Positions 51,399-64,000 of a stretch of DNA of 64,000 nucleotides are shown here, piece by piece (the stretch's first letter is position 1; every line of letters starts with the position of its first letter). Location: assembly GCF_004010195.1 (NCBI RefSeq), contig NC_057720.1, positions 9,868,385 to 9,932,384 on the forward strand, read 5' to 3'. A program made the position numbers and the translations under genes. The notes beneath the pieces are model-generated. The model was not told the DNA's origin. It did no database searches and worked only from the letters and a program-made list of their open reading frames with translations. This DNA is from Chiloscyllium plagiosum (lineage: Eukaryota).

Positions 51399-52679
51399 TT
51401 ACAGTTCTTTCTTTCTCTACTTGCTCCATTAGCGGTTCCCCTTAGTTCAAGGGTCAATAACAAAAGGGGTACAAACTTAAGGTATAAGGTTTTGAGAGAC
51501 AATGTTTCTCAAAGGGTTCTAGGAATCTGCAGTGTACGGACTGGGTGGGTAGTTGATGTGGGAAACTTCACAACCTTTAATAAGTACCCAGATGAGCTCC
51601 TGAAGTGTTATAACATTCAAGGCAAATGGCCAACTGCTGGATTGGAAGTCTTATGTCAATGGGTTGGCACAGACTTGATGGGTTGAAGGGACACTTCTGT
51701 ACTGTATGAATCTCTGACTCTGAAGTGCTGTGCTTGTGCAAAGTTTGGTATTCCAGCATGTGTCCTTCTGAATGCAAGGGGGAAAGCTTCAGTGACATCT
51801 CACTCTTAAATACACTGTTAAAAAGTCAGTCACATCTCACTAACAAGACATGACATTCGTGGATGGCTTTGAAATAGCTACAGCGTGAGAGGCAAAGTGT
51901 AATCAGTTGAGTGTTATTTCCTTGATTATAATTTGTGGGGACTTGACCAGCATGCCCTAATTTGAAGAGGGTGGAACTTCTGGATTTCTTACCTCAGTGC
52001 CACACACGTGCAGGCTTCTCAAGTTGTTGACTGTTTCAGACGAGTATTGGTGATGAACGCTGGCTGTTTCTCCAGCAATTATCAGCGAAAATGTCAGACC
52101 ATTATGTAACTCTGTAATTCTGAGCTGTCACAAAGTCTCGCCTTTGAACTAGAGGAATCTGATTGCTCACGATCCAGTCAGAGACCCAAGCAGCAAATAT
52201 CTCGGCTGATATTATAGTGAGGCAGTGAATTGCACAATTGGAAGTGTCATTTTGGACAAGATATTAAGTTAGAGCTTCTCGGATGGACATACAAGATTTC
52301 ACTGTGCTATAGCACTTAGCAGTGAAGCTACTGATCACCCCCTAGAGTTCTGAACATTATGTTTTTTTATTATTTGATATATTCTTGTCGCATGTACCCA
52401 GGCACAGTGACAAGTTTTGTTTTGTGTGCAGTACAGGCTGATCAAATCATACAAAGTGCATTAAGGTAATACAGCAGAGTGAAGAATACAACGCTACGGC
52501 TGCGGAGAAGGTGCACAAACAACAAGATCAACATTAAATTTAAAATTTGAGAGGTCTATTCAGAAGTCAAATAATAATTTGGAATATAATAGTTTCAAGA
52601 TGATGCTGAAGCATGGAAACTCTTCGCAAGGTCTCTACAATAGATCTTATTCACCTTATAGTTCATCCCTCGTTGCAGC

Positions 52680-53000
52680 ATACAACCCCTACAGTGTGGA
52701 AGCAGGCCATTCCACCCATCGAGCCCACACTGACCCTCAGAAGAGCATCCTACCCAGACCCACCCCCGCTACCCTATCCTCATAACCCTGCATTTCCCGT
52801 GGCTAACCCACTTCATCTGCTCATCCCTGAACACTACGGGCAATTTAGCAAGGCCATTCCACCTGACCTGCACATCTTTGGACTGTGGGAGGAAACTGGA
52901 GCACCCGGGGGAAACCCACGCAGACACGGGGAGAATGTGCAAACTCCACATAGACAGTCGCCCGAGGCTAGAATCGAACCTGGATCCCTTGTGAGGCAGC
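52680..53000 (-). mobile_element. HE1-like SINE
   Basis: V domain and B-box on the minus strand. Confidence 0.85.
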
Positions 53001-54519
53001 AAGAGTAACCACCACAGATTAGCCGGATTACAGGTGAAAAACAGATTATTTGACCATTATCATGTTGTTCATTGTAATGCCTTGCTGTACACAATTTAAA
53101 TGGATCATCACTTTATGACAGCAGCTACATCTCTAAAGTGCTTCATTCGGTGCAAAGGGCTCTGAGAAGCGGACGGTACTACAGAAGTTCTTTCAGGGTA
53201 TCCAAGTTAAGCACACACTTATAATGTGAAGCAGGACACTGGAACAATCAAAAAGCACTTAGTGCCTTGGAGTTGCAGCATCTGCCTTCACAGGAAGTAC
53301 TGTACCTCTCCTGAGTGCTCAAAGATAATCGAGTCAAGTCATCACTAAATGGAGTTATTGTCTTTGGCAGAGGGGGAGAGCCAATAACTCTGTCTGGCTT
53401 GCAGGTCTGCAGCAGTGATGGGCAGGTTGATCAGTCAAGAAGATGAAAGAAGAGAAAAAAAGCATAATTCTGTGGATGCTGGAAATTGCATGTCTAGCAA
53501 CGACCTTTCATTGCACTGGAAGAAGTTAGAAACTTATGAAAAAATTGACACAGAGCACAGAGCAAGGACAAAGGGCTGATCAGGCTGCGAAGCAACTAAA
53601 GAGAAGATGCTGCAAAGCAATTGGGAATAGTAATGGGTCAAGTAAAGAACACAAGCACTAAGGAACAGAAACAGGCCATTCAGCCCCTCAAACCTGTTCT
53701 CCTCAAATGAAGATCGGGAGGCAATATAAGTGCAGAGGATGGGGAAGGGTGAAAATTGGAAATGCAGCAAAGAAGAAGCGTTGGGAATGTGACTGATGAA
53801 AGCTCTCAGATATGGAAAGCAATCCATTGACTGTGTGATCAGAAAAGGAACCAGTCTGCACCCCTCCACTTACAGTAGTTCTGCTATACCATTGCTATCT
53901 GAGATAAAATAACGGTTAATTTCTTAAAAACAACTCGTTTATTATTCCTTCAAATGTTTGCTCTTCCATCTTATTTTTGCAATCTCTTTCACCTTGTGTC
54001 GCTATTTGTCCTGCTGTGCCAAAAAATTGGCTTTTAAACCGTACATATCTTCAAACATCATTGCTTTTATAAATTAGCAGCAAGTACTGAAATTTTTACT
54101 GTACATTGCTCAGCATGGGAGTTTTTACCTGCGGGTATGCTATTTCGCTAAAGCATGAGATACAACATTCTATGAAACCAAACTGACAAATTCTAATCAT
54201 TTTGTGACAGGGAGCAATGCAGCTTACAAATGTTCAACCCTCGATTCAGCACAAGCTATTCAAAAGAGATCTACTTAAAACGCAGAGCAAACTTCCAGAC
54301 AGTGACAAGCTTGCATACTTATAAATTTCCATTCTCGGGAAATGGGTATCATTGACAAGCAGCAACTTTTGTCCATTCCAGTTTCTTTTTCTCACTCATT
54401 TTTTCATGACAAGAACAACATTTATTGCCCATCCCTAATTGCCCCCAAACCAACTCACAAATTTCAGAGGGCACTTAACAGTCAATCACATTGTGCCAGT
54501 TTGGAATCTGATCAAGTCC

Positions 54520-55335
54520 GATCAGATGGGCCGAGGTGTGGCAGATGGAGTTTTAATTTAGATAAATGCGAGGTGCTGTACTTTGGTAAGGCGAATGAGG
54601 AATGATTCTCCATGACTCTATGAGGAAAGACTTTTACACACAATGGTAAGGTCCTGGGGAGTGTTGTTGAACAAAGAGACCTTGGAGTGCAGGTTCATAT
54701 TTCATTGAAAGTGGAGTCGCAGGTAGGCAGGATAGTGAAGAAGGCATTTGGTATGCTTTCATTTCGTGATCAATGGATTGAGTACAGGAGTTGGGATGTC
54801 ATATTGTGACTGTACAAGACGTTAGTTAGACCGCTTTTGGAATATTGTATGCAATTCTGGCCTCTCTGCTATAGGAAGGATGTTGTTAAACTTGAAAGGG
54901 TGCAGAAAAGAATTATAAGTATGTTGCCAGGGTTGGAGGGTTTGAGCCATAGGGAGAGGCTGAATAGACTGAGAGGCGACCTGTTATAAAATCATGAGTG
55001 GCATGGATAAGGGCAATAGCCCAGGTCTTTTATCCCAGGAAAAAGGGGTCCAAACCCAGAGGCTACGGGTGAGAAAGGACAGATATAAAAGAGACCTAAG
55101 GGACAACGTTTTCACACCGAAGGTGGTGTGTGTGTGGAATGAGCTGCCAGAGAAAGTGGTGGAGGCTGGTACAATTACAATATTTAAAAGGCATCTGGAT
55201 GGCTAAATGAATAGGAGGCATTGGGAAATATATGGGACAATATACTAGCAAATGGGACTAAATTAATTTAGATTATCTGTTCAGTATGGACATGTTGGAC
55301 CAAAGGGGCTGCTTACATGTTGTATAGCTCTATGA
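54520..55335 (+). mobile_element. Decayed CR1 3' fragment
   Basis: FNLDKCEVL, EYCMQFW, VWNELPEKVVEAG. Confidence 0.9.
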
Positions 55336-55555
55336 GTCATGTGTAGAGCAGACCAGGTAAGGAAAGCAGGTTTCCTTCTGTATAGAGCCTCCTTCTTGAA
55401 ACTATATTGTCCATGTGGTGAAGATTCCACCAAAATGTTGTCACCAAAGGAATTTCAGGACCCTAACCCAACAATGATGAAGAATACTTTTTATTCAATT
55501 CGATTATCAGATATTTACATGGTGAAATACCAACTCTTGCCAAGGGAAAAGTCTT

Positions 55556-55745
55556 CAGAAACCAAAAGAGAAAATGCTGGAAAATCTCAGCAGGTCTGGC
55601 AGCATCTGTAAGGAGAGGAAAGAACTTTGACAAAGGGTCAGTTAGATTCGAAACGCCAGCTCTTTTCTCTCCCTACAGATGCTGCCAGACCTGCTGAGAT
55701 TTTCCAGCATTTTCTCTTTTGGTTTCAGATTCCAGCATCCACAGT
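55556..55745. mobile_element. PLE terminal-repeat hairpin (another family; HHR degenerate)
   Basis: About 68-bp inverted arms plus a one-sided tail. Confidence 0.8.
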
Positions 55746-57118
55746 AAGTTCTTCCATTCTAACTCACTCCCAGACTCCCAACACCTTCTCTGCCCTCTTT
55801 AGTCATCTTGTCCAATTTCACCTGACAAAGAGGCAACACCCTGAAATCTTGTTATTTCAAATTTGGGATAATTATGGAATTCCCTCATTCAGGGAATTGT
55901 TGATTTTCCATCACCATTTGTGGTGGGAATGTGCATCAATTAAATGGATGACCTAAGAACAAGTGAAAGCAGTTGGAGAGGAAGAGATCCAGATCTTTTT
56001 GTGCAAATCTAACTTGTTTATTCTAGCTAACATTAGGATGAACTTTACAGTTTAAATTTTATAGTTGCCAGTCTGAACCAAAGTTTCATTAGAGTTCTGC
56101 AGTGTAAGAGTAATTGGGATCAGTATTGAGAACACCAGCTGAAGCTGTTTCCTCTGTAACTGGATCAGCTTGGTCTTAGGAATGTGTAAAAATAGCCAAC
56201 ATGGTGTGACTTTGAACATGAGTACAATTTACAATAGGCATCCGAGATTAACGAGGTGGGTGGTAAAGAGAAACAGATTCTGTTTTTTGTGTCTCTTTTC
56301 TAAAGTTTTCAACCTCCAGGAATTGGAGGTAGCTGCTCATTTGGCGAGTAACTGATGAATGGTTAGGGTTTATTCCACTTTTAAGGTTGAAAATGATATA
56401 GCAACTGGTGGTAAAGTATATAACATGCAAAAACATGAGTAAATATTTAATTGAATAAAATAGTTACATAGTTATGTAAAACGCATGAAGGGTGGGTGAT
56501 GTGTCGCAACTATAACAGGTGGGAACTCCTGGATACCAGCAGAGTTCCTTAGAACATCAGTCAGGAGCCAACTGGGGAGCTAACTATACAAGCAATGAGA
56601 TAAGATTGATTAATGATCTCAGAGCAACAGTGGTCATAAAATAATTATATTTTAAATTCAGTTTGTGAGATAGAGGTATGAGTTCGATACTATTTTGCAA
56701 ACATAAATAAAGGAAATGATAAGGGCTGAGAGCGTCAATGATTCATGAGAATTGACAAATTAGAAGTGGAGGTGCAGTGGCAGATATTTAAGGGGATAAT
56801 TTAGAATGCACAGATACATTCCAATCTGAAAGGAAAATTGCCAGGGAGGCAATCACACCTGGTGGCTAACTAGAGAAGTTGAAGAAAAATCAAACTACAA
56901 GAAAATTCATATCATTGTAGAGGCAGCTGGTCCACCAAAAAATTAGATAGAGTATAAAGAAAAACAAGGAATGACTAAATAATTAATAAGGAGAGAAAAA
57001 CCGAATGCAAGAAAAATAATCTCTTCAGAAATAGCAAAACAGATAGTTTTCTAGAAATTATTAAAAAGTAAGAATCTTAGTGTTGGTCCTACAGAAAATG
57101 CAACATAGAACAGTACAG

Positions 57119-57356
57119 AAATGAAAACAGAAATTGCTGGAAAAACTCAGCAGGTCTGGCAACAGCTGTGAAGAGAAACCAGAGTTAACATCTCGGGTCA
57201 AGTTACATTTCCTCAGAACAGATCTGAGGAAAGGGGTCTCGACCCGAAACGTTAACTCTGATTTCTCTGCACAGCTGCTGCCAGACCTGCTGAGCTTTTC
57301 CAGCAATTTCTGTTTTTTGTTTCTGATTCACAGCATCTGCAGTTTTGTTTTATTTT
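57119..57356. mobile_element. PLE terminal-repeat hairpin with HHR motif at about 57224-57256 (+)
   Basis: About 100-bp arms; CTGAGGA-AAG-GGGTC(TC)GACCC-GAAAC-GTT-aac. Confidence 0.85.
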
Positions 57357-57359
57357 TAC

Positions 57360-57775
57360 ATCTTAACAGTATAGCACAGGAACAGGCCCTTCAGCCCAAA
57401 ATGCTGTACCAAACATGACGTCAAATTAAACTAATCCCTTCTGCCTTCCCTTTGTCCATATCCCTCCATTCCTTGCTTATTCATGTGCTTATCTAAAAGC
57501 CCTTTAAATGCCCCTATGGTATCTACCTTCACCACCATCTCGGTCGTGTAATCCAGACTCCTACTACTCTCTGAGTAAAGCACTTGCCCCTCACATCTCC
57601 TTTGAACTTTCCCCCTCTCACCTTAAATGCATGCCCTCTAGTATTAGACATTTCAACCCTGGGAAAATGATTCTGACCACCAACCCTATCTGTGCATTGC
57701 ATAACTTTATAGATTTCTATCAGGTGCCCCCTCAGCCTCCGTAGCTCCAGAGAAAACAATCCTAATTTGTCCTAG
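57360..57775 (-). mobile_element. CR1 3' fragment
   Basis: FSLELRRLRGHLIEIYKVM...FTQRVVGVW. Confidence 0.9.
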
Positions 57776-57924
57776 TTTGTCCCAAATGAATCTGAAGAAA
57801 TAATAAGAGAGAAAAAAAAGAGACAACAGATGAATTGAGCAACAGACCTGATGGAATTCATCCTGGGTTTTAAAAATGTTAGTGAGATTTTTGAAACATT
57901 GGGTTTTGATCCAATGAACACAGT

Positions 57925-58128
57925 CCACCAATTTCTCAGCAACAAACCCATCAAGCAGACAAAACATGTCCAGAAACACTAGCCACTCATCCCTACATCA
58001 AAGCTATCTCAGAAATGACCGCCAGACTACTCAGACCCCTTAGCATCATGGTAGCCCACAAACCGACCAATACACAAAAACAGCAGCTAATGAACTTGAA
58101 AGACCCTATACAGATGACAAGCAAAACT
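57925..58128 (+). mobile_element. Penelope/Poseidon-like RT-endonuclease linker fragment, cut off by the gap
   Basis: PYIKAISEMTARLLRPLSIMVAHKPTNT...LKDP motif. Confidence 0.75.
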
Positions 58129-58628
58129 NNNNNNNNNNNNNNNNNNNNNNNNNNNNNNNNNNNNNNNNNNNNNNNNNNNNNNNNNNNNNNNNNNNNNNNN
58201 NNNNNNNNNNNNNNNNNNNNNNNNNNNNNNNNNNNNNNNNNNNNNNNNNNNNNNNNNNNNNNNNNNNNNNNNNNNNNNNNNNNNNNNNNNNNNNNNNNNN
58301 NNNNNNNNNNNNNNNNNNNNNNNNNNNNNNNNNNNNNNNNNNNNNNNNNNNNNNNNNNNNNNNNNNNNNNNNNNNNNNNNNNNNNNNNNNNNNNNNNNNN
58401 NNNNNNNNNNNNNNNNNNNNNNNNNNNNNNNNNNNNNNNNNNNNNNNNNNNNNNNNNNNNNNNNNNNNNNNNNNNNNNNNNNNNNNNNNNNNNNNNNNNN
58501 NNNNNNNNNNNNNNNNNNNNNNNNNNNNNNNNNNNNNNNNNNNNNNNNNNNNNNNNNNNNNNNNNNNNNNNNNNNNNNNNNNNNNNNNNNNNNNNNNNNN
58601 NNNNNNNNNNNNNNNNNNNNNNNNNNNN
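58129..58628. other. Assembly gap (500 N)
   Basis: Run of exactly 500 N; the round number suggests a scaffolding spacer. Confidence 0.99.
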
Positions 58629-60216
58629 TGTGTCTCTGTAATGGGCCCTGTGTCTCTGTAATGGGCCCTGGGTCTCTGTAACAGGCTCTGGATCTCTGTA
58701 ATGGGATCTGTGTCTCTGTAATAGGCCCTGGGTCTCTGTAACAGGCTCTGGATCTCTGTAATGGGCTCTGGGTCTTGATTAGAGGCTCCGGGTCTCTGTA
58801 ATGGGCTCTGTGTCTCTGTAATGGGATCTGGTTCTCTGTAATGGGCCCTGGATCTCTGTAATGGGCTCCGTGTCTCTGTAATGGGCCCTGGATCTCTGTA
58901 ATGGGCTCTGTGTCTCAGTAATGGGCCCTGGGTCTCTGTAACAGGCTCTCGATCTCTGTAATGGGCTCTGGGTCTTGGTTACAGGCTCCGGGTCTCTGTA
59001 ATGGGCTCTGTGTCTCTGTAATGGGCTCTGGTTCTCTGCAACGGGCTCTGGTTCTCAAAAACGGATTCTGGGTCTCTGTAATGGGCTCTGGGTCTTGGTT
59101 AGAGGCTCCGGGTCTCTGTAATGGGCTCTGTGTCTCCGTAATGGGCTCTGGGTCTCTGTAATGGGCTCTGAGTCTCCGTAATGGGCCCTGGATCCCTGTA
59201 ACAGGCTCTGGGTCTCTGAATGGGCTCTGGGTCTCTGTAATGGGCTCTGAGTCTCTGTAATGGGTTCTGGGTCTCCGTAATGGGCCCTGGATCCCTGTAA
59301 CAGGCTCTGGGTCTCTGAATGGGCTCTGGGTCTTGGTTACCAGCTTTGGGTCGCTGTAACAGGCTCTGGTCTCTGTAATGGGCTCTGGGTCTCTGTAATG
59401 GGCTCTAGGTCTCTGTAAAAGGCTCTGGGTCTTGTTTACAGGCTCTGGGTCTCTGTAACGGGCCCTGAGTCTTGGTTACAGGCTCGGTCTCAGTAACAGG
59501 CTCCAGAGTCTCTGTAATGGGCCCTGGGTCTCTGTAATACAGAGCCAGTTACAGAGACCCAGGGCCCATTACAGAGACCCAGAGCCAGTTATGGAGACCC
59601 AGAGCCTGTAACCAAGATCCAGGGCCCATTACAGAGACCCAGAGGCCATTACAGAGACACAGAGCCCGTTACAGAGACCCAGAGCCCGTTACAGAGATCC
59701 GAAGCCCCTGTATCCAAGATCCAGAGCCTGCTACAGAGACACAGAGCCTGTAACCAAGACCCAGAGTTACAGGCTCTGTGTCTCTGTAGCAGGCTCTGGA
59801 TCTTGGTTACAGGCTTCAGATCTCTGTAACAGGCTCTGTGTCTCTGTAATGGGCCCTGGATCTTGGTTACAGGCTCTGCGTCTCCATAACTGGCTCTGGG
59901 TCTCTGTAATGGGCCCTGGGTCTCTGTAACTGGCTCTTGGTCTCTGTAACTGGCTCTGGGTCTCTGTAATGGGCCCCAGGGTCTCTGTATTGTGTCCTGG
60001 GTCTCTGTAATGGGCTCAGGGTCTCTGTACTGGGCTCTGGGTCTCTGTAATGGGCTCTAGGTCTCTGTAATGGGCCCTGGGTCACTGTAACAGGTTCTGG
60101 GTCTCTGTAACAGGCTCCGCGGACTCTGTAATGGGCTCTGGGACACTGTAATGGGTTCTGGGTCTCGCTTCCAGGCCCTGGGTCTCTGTAACTGGCTTGG
60201 GGTCTCTGTAACTGGC
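58629..60216. repeat. Diverged edge of a 20-bp satellite, with an inverted block at about 59538-59765
   Basis: Monomer consensus tgtaatgggctctgggtctc with substitutions and indels. Confidence 0.95.
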
Positions 60217-63200
60217 CTGCAATGGGCTCTGTGTTTCTGTAATGGGCCCTGGGTCTCTGTAATGGACTCTGGGTCTCTGTAACAGGCTCCGGAGACTCTG
60301 TAATGGGCTCTGGGACACTGTAATGGGTTCTGGGTCTCGCTTCCAGGCCCTGGGTCTCTGTAATGGGCTTTGGGTCTCTGTAACTGGCCCTGGGTCTCTG
60401 TAACTGTCCGTGGGTCTCTGCAATGGGCTCTGTGTTTCTGTAATGGGCCCTGGGTCTCTGTAATGGACTCTGGGTCTCTGTAACAGGCTCCGGAGACTCT
60501 GTAATGGGCTCTGGGACACTGTAATGGGTTCTGGGTCTCGCTTCCAGGCCCTGGGTCTCTGTAATGGGCTTTGGGTCTCTGTAACTGGCCCTGGGTCTCT
60601 GTAACTGTCCGTGGGTCTCTGCAATGGGCTCTGTGTTTCTGTAATGGGCCCTGGGTCTCTGTAATGGACTCTGGGTCTCTGTAACAGGCTCCGGAGACTC
60701 TGTAATGGGCTCTGGGACACTGTAATGGGTTCTGGGTCTCGCTTCCAGGCCCTGGGTCTCTGTAATGGGCTTTGGGTCTCTGTAACTGGCCCTGGGTCTC
60801 TGTAACTGTCCGTGGGTCTCTGCAATGGGCTCTGTGTTTCTGTAATGGGCCCTGGGTCTCTGTAATGGACTCTGGGTCTCTGTAACAGGCTCCGGAGACT
60901 CTGTAATGGGCTCTGGGACACTGTAATGGGTTCTGGGTCTCGCTTCCAGGCCCTGGGTCTCTGTAATGGGCTTTGGGTCTCTGTAACTGGCCCTGGGTCT
61001 CTGTAACTGTCCGTGGGTCTCTGCAATGGGCTCTGTGTTTCTGTAATGGGCCCTGGGTCTCTGTAATGGACTCTGGGTCTCTGTAACAGGCTCCGGAGAC
61101 TCTGTAATGGGCTCTGGGACACTGTAATGGGTTCTGGGTCTCGCTTCCAGGCCCTGGGTCTCTGTAATGGGCTTTGGGTCTCTGTAACTGGCCCTGGGTC
61201 TCTGTAACTGTCCGTGGGTCTCTGCAATGGGCTCTGTGTTTCTGTAATGGGCCCTGGGTCTCTGTAATGGACTCTGGGTCTCTGTAACAGGCTCCGGAGA
61301 CTCTGTAATGGGCTCTGGGACACTGTAATGGGTTCTGGGTCTCGCTTCCAGGCCCTGGGTCTCTGTAATGGGCTTTGGGTCTCTGTAACTGGCCCTGGGT
61401 CTCTGTAACTGTCCGTGGGTCTCTGCAATGGGCTCTGTGTTTCTGTAATGGGCCCTGGGTCTCTGTAATGGACTCTGGGTCTCTGTAACAGGCTCCGGAG
61501 ACTCTGTAATGGGCTCTGGGACACTGTAATGGGTTCTGGGTCTCGCTTCCAGGCCCTGGGTCTCTGTAATGGGCTTTGGGTCTCTGTAACTGGCCCTGGG
61601 TCTCTGTAACTGTCCGTGGGTCTCTGCAATGGGCTCTGTGTTTCTGTAATGGGCCCTGGGTCTCTGTAATGGACTCTGGGTCTCTGTAACAGGCTCCGGA
61701 GACTCTGTAATGGGCTCTGGGACACTGTAATGGGTTCTGGGTCTCGCTTCCAGGCCCTGGGTCTCTGTAATGGGCTTTGGGTCTCTGTAACTGGCCCTGG
61801 GTCTCTGTAACTGTCCGTGGGTCTCTGCAATGGGCTCTGTGTTTCTGTAATGGGCCCTGGGTCTCTGTAATGGACTCTGGGTCTCTGTAACAGGCTCCGG
61901 AGACTCTGTAATGGGCTCTGGGACACTGTAATGGGTTCTGGGTCTCGCTTCCAGGCCCTGGGTCTCTGTAATGGGCTTTGGGTCTCTGTAACTGGCCCTG
62001 GGTCTCTGTAACTGTCCGTGGGTCTCTGCAATGGGCTCTGTGTTTCTGTAATGGGCCCTGGGTCTCTGTAATGGACTCTGGGTCTCTGTAACAGGCTCCG
62101 GAGACTCTGTAATGGGCTCTGGGACACTGTAATGGGTTCTGGGTCTCGCTTCCAGGCCCTGGGTCTCTGTAATGGGCTTTGGGTCTCTGTAACTGGCCCT
62201 GGGTCTCTGTAACTGTCCGTGGGTCTCTGCAATGGGCTCTGTGTTTCTGTAATGGGCCCTGGGTCTCTGTAATGGACTCTGGGTCTCTGTAACAGGCTCC
62301 GGAGACTCTGTAATGGGCTCTGGGACACTGTAATGGGTTCTGGGTCTCGCTTCCAGGCCCTGGGTCTCTGTAATGGGCTTTGGGTCTCTGTAACTGGCCC
62401 TGGGTCTCTGTAACTGTCCGTGGGTCTCTGCAATGGGCTCTGTGTTTCTGTAATGGGCCCTGGGTCTCTGTAATGGACTCTGGGTCTCTGTAACAGGCTC
62501 CGGAGACTCTGTAATGGGCTCTGGGACACTGTAATGGGTTCTGGGTCTCGCTTCCAGGCCCTGGGTCTCTGTAATGGGCTTTGGGTCTCTGTAACTGGCC
62601 CTGGGTCTCTGTAACTGTCCGTGGGTCTCTGCAATGGGCTCTGTGTTTCTGTAATGGGCCCTGGGTCTCTGTAATGGACTCTGGGTCTCTGTAACAGGCT
62701 CCGGAGACTCTGTAATGGGCTCTGGGACACTGTAATGGGTTCTGGGTCTCGCTTCCAGGCCCTGGGTCTCTGTAATGGGCTTTGGGTCTCTGTAACTGGC
62801 CCTGGGTCTCTGTAACTGTCCGTGGGTCTCTGCAATGGGCTCTGTGTTTCTGTAATGGGCCCTGGGTCTCTGTAATGGACTCTGGGTCTCTGTAACAGGC
62901 TCCGGAGACTCTGTAATGGGCTCTGGGACACTGTAATGGGTTCTGGGTCTCGCTTCCAGGCCCTGGGTCTCTGTAATGGGCTTTGGGTCTCTGTAACTGG
63001 CCCTGGGTCTCTGTAACTGTCCGTGGGTCTCTGCAATGGGCTCTGTGTTTCTGTAATGGGCCCTGGGTCTCTGTAATGGACTCTGGGTCTCTGTAACAGG
63101 CTCCGGAGACTCTGTAATGGGCTCTGGGACACTGTAATGGGTTCTGGGTCTCGCTTCCAGGCCCTGGGTCTCTGTAATGGGCTTTGGGTCTCTGTAACTG

Positions 63201-64000
63201 GCCCTGGGTCTCTGTAACTGTCCGTGGGTCTCTGCAATGGGCTCTGTGTTTCTGTAATGGGCCCTGGGTCTCTGTAATGGACTCTGGGTCTCTGTAACAG
63301 GCTCCGGAGACTCTGTAATGGGCTCTGGGACACTGTAATGGGTTCTGGGTCTCGCTTCCAGGCCCTGGGTCTCTGTAATGGGCTTTGGGTCTCTGTAACT
63401 GGCCCTGGGTCTCTGTAACTGTCCGTGGGTCTCTGCAATGGGCTCTGTGTTTCTGTAATGGGCCCTGGGTCTCTGTAATGGACTCTGGGTCTCTGTAACA
63501 GGCTCCGGAGACTCTGTAATGGGCTCTGGGACACTGTAATGGGTTCTGGGTCTCGCTTCCAGGCCCTGGGTCTCTGTAATGGGCTTTGGGTCTCTGTAAC
63601 TGGCCCTGGGTCTCTGTAACTGTCCGTGGGTCTCTGCAATGGGCTCTGTGTTTCTGTAATGGGCCCTGGGTCTCTGTAATGGACTCTGGGTCTCTGTAAC
63701 AGGCTCCGGAGACTCTGTAATGGGCTCTGGGACACTGTAATGGGTTCTGGGTCTCGCTTCCAGGCCCTGGGTCTCTGTAATGGGCTTTGGGTCTCTGTAA
63801 CTGGCCCTGGGTCTCTGTAACTGTCCGTGGGTCTCTGCAATGGGCTCTGTGTTTCTGTAATGGGCCCTGGGTCTCTGTAATGGACTCTGGGTCTCTGTAA
63901 CAGGCTCCGGAGACTCTGTAATGGGCTCTGGGACACTGTAATGGGTTCTGGGTCTCGCTTCCAGGCCCTGGGTCTCTGTAATGGGCTTTGGGTCTCTGTA
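60217..64000. repeat. 201-bp higher-order repeat (ten monomers: 9x20 + 1x21 bp), about 19 copies, running off the window end
   Basis: Period 201 (60301 vs 60502); the six-frame ORF shows an exact 67-aa repeat. Confidence 0.97.

Noticed and set aside
57925..58700. Physical link between the Penelope fragment and the satellite (208-aa ORF across the gap)
   Set aside because: Separated by a 500-N spacer; true distance and adjacency are unknown
60082..63936. 1284-aa ORF with a 67-aa repeat
   Set aside because: The minus strand of the satellite monomers has no TAA, TAG or TGA in any frame and the 201-bp period is divisible by 3, so the ORF is a compositional artefact; it starts at GTG and has no gene context
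58629..64000. CRISPR-like array
   Set aside because: No unique spacers, no cas genes and a vertebrate context; it is a tandem satellite

Overview
Repeat-dense vertebrate genomic DNA, almost certainly from a shark or other cartilaginous fish (inferred from HE1/V-SINEs, Deu-domain SINEs and HER1/CR1-type LINEs). The only host gene I can support is the 3' end of the adhesion GPCR ADGRL4 (ELTD1) on the + strand: a TM6-TM7 exon at 5385-5553, the last coding exon at 14582-14644 and a probable 3' UTR to about 17.7 kb. The rest is mostly fragments of CR1, Rex1/Babar, L2-like, RTE-like and Penelope-like (PLE) retroelements, SINEs, a probable solo LTR, a MITE and a tRNA-Gly pseudogene. After a 500-N scaffold gap comes a 20-bp satellite organised as a 201-bp higher-order repeat. 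The most interesting signal is a set of minimal type-I hammerhead ribozyme (HHR) motifs (CTGANGA, stem II, GAAAC-GTH) with covarying stem II sequences, carried by several PLE terminal-repeat families. They occur as (i) many 145-270 bp asymmetric hairpin insertions with 12-16 bp target-site duplications (TSDs), several inside the last ADGRL4 intron, and (ii) one tandem direct pair bracketing a 397-nt retrozyme-like unit. Repeat family names come from motif recognition, not database searches, and boundaries of old repeats are approximate.
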